A stretch of DNA of 64,000 bases from Piromyces finnis finn (Eukaryota > Fungi > Neocallimastigomycota): positions 62,001-126,000 of the forward strand of contig MCFH01000008.1 of NCBI GenBank assembly GCA_002104945.1, in the 5' to 3' direction. Below are positions 1 to 15,427 of this stretch, piece after piece; position 1 is the first letter of the stretch, and each line of letters starts with the position of its first letter. The position numbers and the translations under genes are program-made. The notes under the pieces were generated by a model. The model searched no databases. It saw only the letters and a list, made by a program, of their open reading frames with translations, and was not told the origin of the DNA.

Positions 1-2
1 AT

Positions 3-1448
3 TTCCAAAATAATCAAAGAGTTCTTTTCAATTTATATAAAAAAATATTTAAAAATTTTTCGTTGAATAGTTGTGAAATAGAAAGAAATGATAAAAATGA
101 GGGAATATGGAAGTATTCAAATAAATATATATATAAAGAAATCAAAGAAATTATTGAATCAAAGAATACCATTAGTAAATTATCCACTTATATAGGAGAA
201 AGTGAAAAGGAAACATTGAAATATTTAAAATGTTTCATTAATTTTACAAACGAAGGAAAAATTATTCCAAACCAAAATAATGAATTTTGTAAAATTTCAG
301 ATTTATGTAATGATGGTTCATTTGAAAAAGATGAAACAGATAAAACAGATTATTATTTTAATAAAACAAAAAAAAAATTAGTAACAATTCCAAATAAATT
401 AAAAGAAATTTCTAAATTATTAGGTTATGATGTTAAAGAGAATCTTATTCATGGAGAATTTGAAAGACTATGTTTAAGAGATATTTCATATCAAGAAATT
501 TGCACTAAAATTGATAACATGATGAAAGAAGAATATGTTCCCGAAAATTATTTTAATCAAAATTTTAAAAATGCTTGTAGATATCTAATTGAAGATTATT
601 TCGATACTATTGATGAAAAATGTATTGAACAATACTTCCCAAATACATATAAAAACAAGGATAATATTGTATTAAGTGTTCTTTTTAATAAAGAAACAAG
701 AAAACAATTAACAAACTTAAAATCACAATATAGTGAAGAAGAACTTAAAAAATTAAATAGTCCTGAAAAAGCTGAAATTGTAAAAATAGTATTAGAAAAT
801 GAAATTACAATAGAACAAATAAATAAGACAATGTCAGAATCAAAAAGTAGTTTATTCTCTAATTCATCTACTTTTACATTTAGTAATACTAATGGAAATG
901 GTTCCTATTTAATAAATAGTACTTTTGAAAGATGTGTAAATATCAAATTTAGTTCAAGCATTATAAATGACAAAGAATTGAATTCATTTTATACGGATAC
1001 TTTTAAAAATGTTATGAAATATGGTGATGATTTTGATTTTGGAAATCCAATTAATAAAAGAACAGGAAATTGTGGTGAAGCTTACATTTATGAATTACTT
1101 CTTAATTCAAATAAATTCAAAAAAGTAGAATGGAAGATGCTTTCTAAAAGTGTATATAGTGAAGTTTTAGAATATAGAGGAAAACGTTATAATATTGTCA
1201 ATGATGGATCACATTATGATATTTATGTTGAAACTTTTGATGGCAAGAAAATATATATTGAAGTTAAATCAACAACAGGCAGTTTTGGAAATAAAATTCC
1301 ATTCTATATTAGTAAATATCAAATAGATATGATGAGAGAAACACGATCACCAGATCAATATATATTAGCCCTTGTATTTGATGTTATGGGAAGAGAACCA
1401 AAACATTTCTTTATGAAATTAATTGATGATTTAATTGAAAATCATTAA
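3..1448 (+). CDS. 5'-truncated intronless protein with C-terminal DUF3883 (NO VEIN C-terminal) PD-(D/E)xK nuclease-like domain; probably the tail of a large sacsin/NOV-like protein
   Basis: The frame is open from position 3 (FQNNQRVLFNLYKKIFKNFS...) into the track ORF at 63, so the true start lies outside the window. The C-terminus has GNCGEAYIYE ... YDIYV ... IYIEVKSTT ... FYISKYQ, matching the G-x2-GE / YD / IEVK pattern of DUF3883. Confidence 0.8.
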   Translation, partial: FQNNQRVLFNLYKKIFKNFSLNSCEIERNDKNEGIWKYSNKYIYKEIKEIIESKNTISKLSTYIGESEKETLKYLKCFINFTNEGKIIPNQNNEFCKISDLCNDGSFEKDETDKTDYYFNKTKKKLVTIPNKLKEISKLLGYDVKENLIHGEFERLCLRDISYQEICTKIDNMMKEEYVPENYFNQNFKNACRYLIEDYFDTIDEKCIEQYFPNTYKNKDNIVLSVLFNKETRKQLTNLKSQYSEEELKKLNSPEKAEIVKIVLENEITIEQINKTMSESKSSLFSNSSTFTFSNTNGNGSYLINSTFERCVNIKFSSSIINDKELNSFYTDTFKNVMKYGDDFDFGNPINKRTGNCGEAYIYELLLNSNKFKKVEWKMLSKSVYSEVLEYRGKRYNIVNDGSHYDIYVETFDGKKIYIEVKSTTGSFGNKIPFYISKYQIDMMRETRSPDQYILALVFDVMGREPKHFFMKLIDDLIENH

Positions 1449-1953
1449 AGTGGTGTCATACATAATAATATAAAGTGTAATCATTTTTATTTTTTAAAAA
1501 AATATTATACAAAATATTATAAATGATATTTTCTATTTTAGTTTATTATATAGTTAATACTATGAAATGATTAAATATATATATATAATTACATTAAATA
1601 TAATTATTACTATAAAACCATCCTTTTAAATAAAATAAAGTAAAGTAAGATAAAATAAAAATTGAATATCTGTTAAATAAATAAATAAATAAATATTCTT
1701 TATTTTTAATAATTCTAACAATAACATTTTTTTATGATAGTGTTAATCATAGTCAGTAATATACTTGAATATAAAATAATAGTGAAGATTCAATTAATAA
1801 TTGAAATTATTTAAGGTATATTATAAATTTTATTTATTTTATTATATTATGTTGGAAATCTTTATAAAAATAATGCTCTAAAACACAATAATTACAATAA
1901 AATGAAATATATCTTTGAATACTATATTTTATTTTACAATATTTTTATTTTAA

Positions 1954-2245
<292 letters not shown>

Positions 2246-2710
2246 TTATTATTATTATTATTTATGTTTTTTTTTTTTTTCAATAGAAAAAAAAAATACA
2301 TAATTAAAATTAATTCCTATTTGATATATATATACATTAATTTAATATACATCTTATCCTATATATTATCTTTATGATAAAATTATAATTTTTATAATTT
2401 TCTTATGTTTATTCTATTATTAAAAATAATAAATAGAAACTATATAAAATTACTATATAAATCTTTTCTTTATTCTAATTTTAAAAGAATAATATGAAAG
2501 AGATATTATATATATATTAGATAATTAGGTATAAAAGATAAAAAAAGAAAAATTATAATTCTTTTTTCCACATATATAAATTTTTTTGGTAAAGGTATAT
2601 AAAAGTATAATAGATTTGCTTTAGTTGAATTCTCTTTACTTTCTTTTCCTTATCATTCATTCATATTTAATATATTTCATTAATGCTTCGGTTAATAGAA
2701 TTAACCTTTT

Positions 2711-3553
2711 TTAATTACAAGTTCCATAGCGGGATAAGCAACCTTTTCCACAATAGGAACTTCCTTTTCCACATTTTTTATTTTTACCGCAGCATAAACC
2801 ACTACCACAGATAAATACTTTTGTAACACCTACGACATTTACATATTCCATACAATCTTCACCTTTTTCCATTTCTATGACACCATCAACATCACAAATA
2901 TTATTTCCAACATTTGTTTTAAAGGAAAATACACTTGAACATGTACTTATAGTGATTGTCATTTTTAATTTATTATAGTTTAATTGATTTTTACCATCAA
3001 CTAATTTCTTATTTTTATAATAACTAGCCCATTTAGTGAAATTTTCCTCAGCAACGGATGCCGTTACAGGACCAATAAAACCTTTTACATTAACTCTACG
3101 GAAAATATTTAACTTAAAATTTTTATATACACATTGTAAGTATCCATTTACATCAATGCTATAGTTAAAATCCTTATAACCATTTCCTAATTCGTAATAG
3201 TCATTTGGACCAGCGGAAAAAGAATGAATATAACAATTTAAGTTATAGTATTTAAATGGGCCCATAGGATTACCTACAAGAACACAATTTTTTGAACTTA
3301 TACATACAGAATGCTCAGGTGTTCTTACTATATGGTCATCTGGATAAAGATAAGTTACTGTCATTTTATTAGTAGTGATATTTTGATTTTCTATATCAAT
3401 TACTACATCCTCTCTATCTAATTTCATTCCATTTTCACGATAATAACGTTGAATAGGATCTAAATTATCATTAGAAATAACTTCTTTGAGAGTGTAACCA
3501 AATGTTACGGTAATAACATTTATGAATATAAAAAAAATATTAAATTTTTTCAT
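2711..3553 (-). CDS. Secreted protein with an unknown N-terminal domain and a C-terminal degenerate CBM18 (hevein-like) module
   Basis: Single exon, 280 aa. Signal-peptide-like N-terminus MKKFNIFFIFINVITVTFG. C-terminal C..CCGKNKKCGKGSSYCGKGCLSRYGTCN fits the CBM18 cysteine spacing. Confidence 0.85.
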   Translation of the reverse strand: MKKFNIFFIFINVITVTFGYTLKEVISNDNLDPIQRYYRENGMKLDREDVVIDIENQNITTNKMTVTYLYPDDHIVRTPEHSVCISSKNCVLVGNPMGPFKYYNLNCYIHSFSAGPNDYYELGNGYKDFNYSIDVNGYLQCVYKNFKLNIFRRVNVKGFIGPVTASVAEENFTKWASYYKNKKLVDGKNQLNYNKLKMTITISTCSSVFSFKTNVGNNICDVDGVIEMEKGEDCMEYVNVVGVTKVFICGSGLCCGKNKKCGKGSSYCGKGCLSRYGTCN

Positions 3554-5808
3554 TTTTTTTATTCTTTTTATTGTTGTTGTTGTTTTTATTTCTTTTAATT
3601 ATAATTAAATATTTCGTTTTCTTTCTCTATTTATTACTTTTTTTTTTTTTTTAAAAAATACATTCAATATTCCTTTATAATTAATAAATTTTAAGAAAAC
3701 GACTCTTTTTTTTTTTTTTTAAATATTAATCTCTGAGAACTTTTAATCTCTTTTTATATACTTTTTTTTTAAAATTAAAAAAATAATTTATTTTATTTTA
3801 TTTTTATAATATATTAAAATTTATTACTAATATATTATTTAATTATTTTATTCATTCATTTAACTTTTGACCAAAAACCAATAATTAAAAGATTAAATAT
3901 TAATTAAATTTATATTGTTCAAAAACTTATCTTTAAATCTATTTTTCTAATATATAATTTCTATGTACTCATTTTCATTATATACTTTTTTATTAATTAC
4001 TATTTAGTTTTATTATTTGAGTAGAGATTTGAATATTTTTTTCTTTTTTATAATATTTTTTTTTTTAAAAAAAATAAAAAAAATCTAGAGTATTTTAAAT
4101 AGTAAAAAAAAAAAAAAATAAAATGAAAATTCAATTTTTTTTAATTTAAAAAAATAAGAAATTTTTAAAAATTTTTAATTTAAATTTGTATTACAATTGT
4201 AAATTAAAAATTTAAAGTTAATATTTGTGAAACATTAAAATTAATGATCTTTTATTTATTTTTTAATTAAAAAAAGTCAAATTATCATTTTCTGTATTTT
4301 TTTATTTTTTAATTAAAAATAAAGTTTTAATATTAATTTATAATAATATTATCATGTTTTTTTAATTACTATTATCATAAATTTTATTATTTAATTAAAA
4401 AATTTATGAAACTTCATCTTTGTAGGAGATGTGGCAATTTATTATTTGTATCAATAATTAATCCTACAATTTACAAATTAATGTATCGCTTTAATTAAAA
4501 ATATATATTAAATGAGGCTTTATTTATTAATGTAATTATGAGTAGTCTATGAAAAGATGGAACAATAATAATCATTTTATTTATTTTATTTTCGACCTTA
4601 TTATTGTAATATTTTTAAACAATTCAAAGTTTATTTTTTTCCCATTGAGAATTTTTATATTTACAAATAGAGCACACAATTGCTACATCTTTTAATAGAA
4701 TAAAGTTAATAGTCAGTGAAAAGAAAGTACGACAAAAAGTATATTATTGAATTTTTTATTTTTTTTTTTTTTAAATTTAATTAAGAAATTTTCTTTATAG
4801 AGAAGGTAGTACTAAAGCAATAAAAGGATGACTACACAAAATTACTTCAACATCATTTGTGAGAAATAATAATTTTTGAAACTTTTTAATTAGCCGTTTA
4901 AACATAAATTTATAAATTAATATTTATGAAATAAAATAAAATGAAAACTTTTTTTTTTTTCTTAATAATTACATATTTTTCTTTTTTTTATTTTATTTTA
5001 GAAAAGAACCATTAACCAACTTTTTCTTTTTTTTTTTTTTTCATCTTCACTAATAAGAAAATTAAAATTTCTTATCAAACTACCTATTGTATTATTGTAT
5101 TAGTTGCTACATTATTAATACATTATTAATAAATATAATTTATATTTATTTTAATATATGTATAATATAAAAAATAATAAATTAATAAATCAAATCTTTT
5201 ATATTAAAAGTATAATTTATAATATATTTAAAATAAGATTTATTGTGGTACAAAAAAAATTAAAAAAAATTGTTTAAAAACCAAGAAATTTATGGTGATG
5301 AGAATTTTTTATAAAGGACCAAAAGTTAAGTCACAATTTAAAAAAAAAGTAGTTGCTTTTTTCTTTTTTTTTTTTTAGATTCAATAGTTACTACGATTTA
5401 TTTTATACTAAAAAAAGGTTTATATTTATTTTTTCTATTTATTTATATATATCAAATATATCAATTTTTTTTATATTTCTTTATAATTGCTTTTCCTTAT
5501 TTATTTTCAAAAGGTTTAATCTATGATGTATGATGTAATACATTATATGTACAAATTATTGTAAACATAACATTTTTATTAAACGTAGCCTCAATTAAAT
5601 AATATAATGTGGCGTATAATAACTTTAATAAAAAAATATATTAGGAATTTTGTTATTAATTCCTTTATCCATTCCTATAATAATAAAAATAAAAACAATT
5701 TCACATTATAATAATTATAATATTATTAATTTGAATTAGTATTATTGATGGATATTTCTAATTTAAATTTTAAATTGGTGTCGTAATGAATAAAAGAATT
5801 TTAACATA

Positions 5809-8540
<2,732 letters not shown>

Positions 8541-8958
8541 AATTAAACCTTTTTTTTTTTTTTTATACGATTAATTTTTTATTTATTTAATTTTTTATTT
8601 AATTTTTTTTTTTTTTTTTTTTTTTTTTCCCTTTTATTCAGTTGTTTAATAATAGGTATTAAGGGGAAAAAAAAAAAAAAAAAAACGGATATAATAAAAA
8701 ATTAAAATTAAAAAATAATATTAAGGTTTTTTATGTTTTGAATTATATAATAAATAAATAAATAAAACAGAAATAAAAAGTATTTATATTGGTACTGAAA
8801 AGAAAAAAAAAAAAGAATATTTATATATAGGGGAATATAAAATATTAATAATTATATTTATTAAAAAAAAAAAAAAAATTATGAATTCGTAGTTGCAGTT
8901 GTGGTTGAGATGGTACTAAATAATAATTTTTTTTTTTTTTTTTTAATATTATATTAAA

Positions 8959-9923
8959 TTATTTTTTTTGTCTTTTTCTTTGATTAGAACTTTTTGATTT
9001 TCCAATTCTTTTGTTATTTTTATTTTTCTTGGGTTTAGAAGAAGAAGAACGATTAGATCTTAAATTTCTTGAAGAACGGGTTATTCGACGTTCTGGTTCA
9101 CTTTCTTCATCACTATCTTCATTATCAGAATCTTCTTCCTTTTCACTTTCTTCATTTTCTTGTTCCTTTTCTTCTTCTTCTTCTTCTTCTTCTTCACTTT
9201 CCTCTTCACTTTCTTCTGTTAATTCAACAGCTTCTTGTTCCTCCTCCATTTCTTCTTTTTCTTCTTCTACAGATTCTTCTACACCATTATCACTATCATG
9301 ATCTTCTAATTCTAATTCAGATAAATCATCTTCAGTTTCAGAATCACTTTCATAATATTTACTTCTTTTACCACTATTCTTTCTTTTAGATCTTCTTTCT
9401 GGTGTTTTTCTTCTTGGTACAGGACTATTAAGTGTTGAATTTGGCGCAGAAGATTCTTTTATTACATAAAGAAAAAAAAAAAAAAAAATCATTTATACAT
9501 ATATATAAGTAAATAAATATATATTTATAAAATATGTTAATTATTTTTTTATCATTAATAATTATTTAATTTTTTTTTTTTTTTTTTAGTTTTTTGTACC
9601 TCGAGAAACGGTTCTACTATTGGTTCTCCTTCTACCTCCAGAACCACCCTTCTTTTTTATCATCTTTCCTGATTTTAAAACATTAATATATTCGAAATAA
9701 GTACTCCAAAGAGAATTATTTTCTTCTGGTATATAATCTATTTCTTCAAATCTCTTTTGGAAATCTTCAATGCTACATTATATAATAATAGATAGATCGG
9801 TAAAAAGAGAATTTAAAAAATGATTAATAAAAAAAAATTTTTTCTTTTTTTTTTTTTTTTTTTATGATAATATTATACTATAGATATAGATATATATGTC
9901 AAATAAATTTAATAATAAAAACT

Positions 9924-9955
<32 letters not shown>

Positions 9956-12856
9956 GGATATATTACATTTCTTTTTCAATCATATTATTGTATAAATCCT
10001 TTTCATCATTACTTAAAATAAAACTATTATAAGCTTTTGCAATGATACTAAATGAACTCCAAAGAGAAGCACTCTTTATAATAATAGATTCTTTATCATC
10101 TTTTGACATTTCTTTTATATTTTCTGGAAGTAAAGTAAAGAAAATTTGACCACTTTTCTTTAAGAAAATTACTAATGCTTGTAATATAACTTTTCTAATG
10201 GCAGATGATGTTGAAACACTAGACCATGATTTAATAGCATTAAAAATCATTTTAAATAATTTTGTTGGTATACTTTGTCCTTCTTTTGAATATTTAAGGA
10301 ATAAGGAATAGGTCTGCAATTTTTTTTTTTTTTTTTTTTTTCAACAAAAAAAAATTATAATTTTTAATAAAATATGAAAATATTACATTAATTTTATTTA
10401 GTATATAAATAACTTTAAAATTATTATCAAATATATATAGATATTTATATTTATATAAAAATAGTAAACTATATTCCTTCACTTCCTTCCCCTCCCTTTA
10501 TCTATTAATACTTACTTTCATAATTGATTGCTTAGCTAATTCATCCAAGAGTTTATCAATCACAGTTCTAACCTTGATAATAATAGTTGTAGCAGCTTTA
10601 GTAGCTTTTTGAATTTCTTCTTGATTATCACTTGATGTTTTTGTTAACTCGGCTGCATTTTGGGTTTCATTTTCAATCAAGGTTTTTGGATATTTATTTA
10701 AAATTTCTTCCAATATTTTTTGACATGTTACATTCCAATAATTATTAATAATGCTGATTTCATTTTCTATAGGGTTAGATGCTGATACCTCTACGCTTTC
10801 AACAGTATCTGAAGATTCAACATAATAATTTACAAATTCAATCCATTGGAATAGGTTAGAAGCATGCTCTAAACCAATAATACCGGATAAAACCAATTTT
10901 TGAAGTGGAATAATTAAGGATGAAAGGTGATAACCAATAATGGAATAAATCATTAATTTGGAATAATCCTTACGTTGGAGACATTCATCTTCTATAAAAG
11001 ATTCTTGAGCTTTATTTAAGATTACATCAAAAACGGATTCTAAACATTCATTAATAACATTTACCATTTCCTTTTGAATTGAATAGGTTGGAATTTTTAA
11101 ATAGTCTGTAGTAATAACAGAATCAAATTTTCCATTACAAAGTAAATAGATATCGGCTAATTTATGATAAGCAGAATATCTAGATCTCCAGGTCCAGAAT
11201 TTTCTATTATTCTTGTTAAGAATTTTTTGGTTACCAAAAATAAAGTTTTCAATTTTATCCTTTATTAAATCACATTCTTTTTCATATGCATTCTTTTCTT
11301 TTACAGTATTATTAGTTGCTTCACTAGCTTCTTTATCACCTTCAGTTTCTTTATCACCTTCAGTTTTTTTATCACCTTCAGTTTCTTTACTAGCTTCCGT
11401 TTCTTTGTCACCCTCAGTTTCTTTATTATTTTCATCTTTTTCTTTTTCTGATTCATCAATCTCCATTTCTTTATCATCTTCTTTTTCACTTACTTCTTTT
11501 TCCTTTTCCTTGTCTTCATTTTCATCCTCTTCCTCATCTTTCTTTTCATTTTCATTCTCATCTTCTTCTGTGGTTTTTTCTAATTTATTAGTAATACTCT
11601 CTTCTAATTCTTGTTCCCATCCTTTGTTAATTTCTTGAATCTTTAATTTTTCTAATTTAATACCATTCCAGTTGATATCAAGGTATAAACCTGTCATACT
11701 ATTATCAATGATTTCCTGAATAAGATGTTCAATTTCATTAAAACGTTTATCCTTATTTTCATTTTTCACTGGATTATCAATCTCCATACTATCTTTTTTA
11801 TCACCATCAATAGTAATGAAATTTACAGATTCATTATTGATTTCTTCTTCATTATTTTTATTTAGTTTTTTTAATAAAATATTTCTCTTTTTTAATAAAG
11901 TTTCGGAAATAGAAATGGATTGATTAAATGTTTTAGTATAATCTGGTATTAAATCTTTAAATAATTGTAAATCAATTTGTTTTAAGAGACAAACAATTCT
12001 CTTTATACTATAATTTAAGGATTCGAAAAAGGTTAATGCATTTTCTTCTAAATTATCGGCATTTAACATTTCATTGATAGTATCGATAGATAAAGTAATT
12101 TGTTTTAAAAAGATTTCATTTAAAAGTGTAGAAAAATGACGTTTACCAATTTCATTGATATTTACTAAACTACTATTATCATATTGGTCTTGATTTTCAT
12201 TGGAATTTTCATCTTTTAAATTAGAATTACCAATTAAAAATGAATAAATAAAAGCACATTTGTCTAAAATAACAAAATCTTTTGTTTTTGTATATAAGGT
12301 ATTTAAACTTTCAAATAATTCATCAAAGCTCTTATAAATTTTTTAAATAAAAATATATATATATAAATTTTTTTTAATTTTAAAAAAATTAATTTTATAA
12401 TTTAAATAATTAAAAAACTAAATATTTCAAGCTTAATGTATTTACTTACCTTTGGAATACGTAAATCAATATATAATTCAATATTTAAATTTTTTATGAT
12501 ATCTAAAAGTGCATCAGCTTTTCTATTATCGAAATCACTACTATATTTATTAAGAAGAGATGGAAGTATTTTCATTACTTCTCTATTTAAATTTTCAAAT
12601 TCTGTAGCATCCTCTTCTTTATTTTTTTTATTACTAAAATTGTTTTGTGATTTAACTTTATTTATTGTGTTTAATATAGATGCTTTTACAACCCATATCA
12701 AACAAATTTCTTCCTCTTCGGTTAATGATAAATTTCTCTTTTTAATATCTTCTTCTGATAAATCACAAGATAAATATTGTAGTAGAGTGTTATAATCCTT
12801 AAAAATATATTTTATTATATTTTAAATTTTTATTATTATTATTATACATAAAAGAA

Positions 12857-12887
<31 letters not shown>

Positions 12888-15427
12888 TAATTTCTATACT
12901 ATTTTTTATTTTTTCGAGTAAATAGGTAAATATTTTAAAATTTAATTTTATCATTAAAACGATCAATACATACCTTGAAAATATCAGTAGCTTCATATAA
13001 AATATTTATTGCACTTTCGAATGCCTCATATGAAAATTCATTAATTTTTTTTTTCAAGGAATCATTGAACCAATCATCCAATTCATCATAAAAAGAATTC
13101 AATGTTTCATTATTATTCTTATTTAAAGAGACGACCCTATTACAATAATTAATTTCATTTCCTGCTAAAGCACCGTACTTTACAAGTAATTGAATTAATA
13201 TCTTTACTTTTTTCATGCTTTTAAATTTTTGTTTTTGTTTATATTGATTATCATCCTTTTCAGTTTCTTCTTCTTCTTCTTCTTCTTCCTCCTCATTTTC
13301 ATCATCTTTATTCACAATATCATTTAATACGTTTGAACAGACACTCTTAAAAAGATGTTTACATTCTTTACCTTCACTTAAAAAGATTAAAGGAATAATA
13401 TCTTCGTAGTCTTCTTCATCTAATAATCCAAGAGTACCGATTTCACTAATAGTTACAATAGAAAGATTTTGAACCACCTTATTAACTTCTCGTTTTGCCA
13501 TTTCAAATATTCTAGATTTGAAACGCTCAATAAATGACATAAACATTGACATCCATTCCTCACCCAAAGAAAGGATGGTAATAAAACCATGTAAAGCATT
13601 CAATCTTACACGTTCTGACTGTTATACATATAAAAGTAGGTTTCATATGCAATTTTATTATATATATATATATTTTTAATCACGAAAATGTGGATTGAGT
13701 ATCTAGTTCTTTTAAATTTATTAAATACTATAAAAAAAAAAGGTATAATAATAAACTTACTTTATCTGATAAGAACCATCCAATATATCTAGTGTAATTA
13801 TCATTTAAGAAATAAATTGGGTATTCTTTTATCCAAAATCTAATGTTATTAGCACATTCAATTCTTATAATATCTATGGAATCTCTATAACGATGAATAA
13901 ATAATCTATTATACATTAAATATAAAATACAATTATATATGTATTTAATAATTAGAAATAATTAATAAATTAAAAATTTTAGTTGGTAATATTTAGTTAT
14001 TATATATAATAGTAATAATAATAATAAATATTAACAACAACAATAATAATAATAAATATCATGTTTTAACAATGATTATTATTAATATTACTCTAATATT
14101 TATATTAAAATTGACTTACCCCACAAAGAAATCATCAATATGAGAATTAAGACGTTCCTTCTTGGCTTGAAGTTCTTCTATTTTTTTTTCAAGTTGAATT
14201 TCTCTTTGACTTCTATTACGAGTATTAGAACCACTCTTTTTTTTAGCCTGTTCCTTATTAATTTGACGTTCTGCAATTGTTAATTCTGATTGAATAGAAT
14301 TTGCTACCGCACATAATTCTATACCTATGGATAACCCGATTACTGTTGAAGTATGACGGAATGGTCTAAAATTAGAACTACTCATTGAAACAATCCATAC
14401 TTTTAAATTATCAAAAATCCAATTATCATCATTATTCATAATTTCATATTGCATTTCTTTTACCCAATCTCTCCAGAAACGTTTTAACTTGCTAATAAAA
14501 GTATTGATATTTCTCGAATTACCCTTACCAGTAAATTGTTTTTGCTTTGAGATAATTGGGTAATCAGTTAAACCCTAAATTAGATTTTTCATTTAAAAAA
14601 ACGCATTTGATTCAATTTTTAAATTAATTATTTAAAAAAAAAAAAAAGGTAAAAAGTATTAGTTTGTTTAATAAAAAGTAAAAATTATATAATAAAATTT
14701 AAATGTTCTTTAAAATTTATATATGTATATATATATTTACAGCTGCATTATCATTTTGAAGTTCTGTTAAAACCTCGTTAATATCGTCACGTTCTTCAAA
14801 TATATTTGGTGAAATTTTTCCTTGACAACCACATGACTATTTTTTTATAAATAGCATATTAAATTCCAAAAATAAATTTATATTATAAGTATAATAATAA
14901 AATGTAATTTTAAAATGCATAAAAATGCAATTGTGTTCCATGTTTTATAGAAGATAACATTTAAGATTAATATTGGTATCTTTTTTTTTTTTAAAAAAAA
15001 AATAGATTTTCAAATTATAATTTTAAATGAATACAAAATCAAGTATTACCTCTAATATAAAATTAATTAATTCAGCCATCGGTTTGGTATTATCTAAATC
15101 ATTAATTGTTTCTTTCCATTCCTGTATAGCTAATTTTATTGAAACTGAATTTGCTGTTGATTGTTGAAGAATTTCAAAAAAATTATTTACACTATTTTCT
15201 TCTTCATCGTTTTCTACTTCTGTCTTTCTTCTTTTTGAAGAAGTTTTTGATTTTGAATTTGTAGATCCTTTTGAATTTTGTATATGGAATTAAAAGTATT
15301 TTGTGTAGATTAATATTTTTATAAAGATCTTTTAACTTTTGTGAATTTTTTAAAACATATAGAGTAATATTTAAATACCTCCATCATTTGCTTTTGAGGA
15401 CCGAGATTGCCTTGAATGTTTCGGCAT
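8959..15427 (-). CDS. SCC3: Cohesin subunit SA/STAG (Scc3), multi-exon
   Basis: STAG domain LKVWIVSMSSSNFRPFRHTSTVIGL (around 14300-14410) and SCD domain FIHRYRDSIDIIRIECANNIRFWIKEYPIYFLNDNYTRYIGWFLSDK (around 13760-13905). Exons join in frame through canonical GT-AG introns from the ATG at 15427. Acidic/basic C-terminal tail; the last exon boundary is less certain. Confidence 0.92.
11329..11418 (-). repeat. 18-bp coding tandem repeat, 5 units (KETEGD-type hexapeptide) within SCC3
   Basis: Units of about TTCTTTATCACCTTCAGT start at 11329, 11347, 11365, 11383 and 11401. The protein reads KETEGDKETEASKETEGDKKTEGDKETEGDKE. Confidence 0.9.

Noticed and set aside
4400-4900. GC-richer patches and a small CATCT/AGATG hairpin (4415-4431) between the CBM18 gene and BRF2
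   Set aside because: No open frame, no paired snoRNA boxes and no terminal repeats; too short to support a feature.
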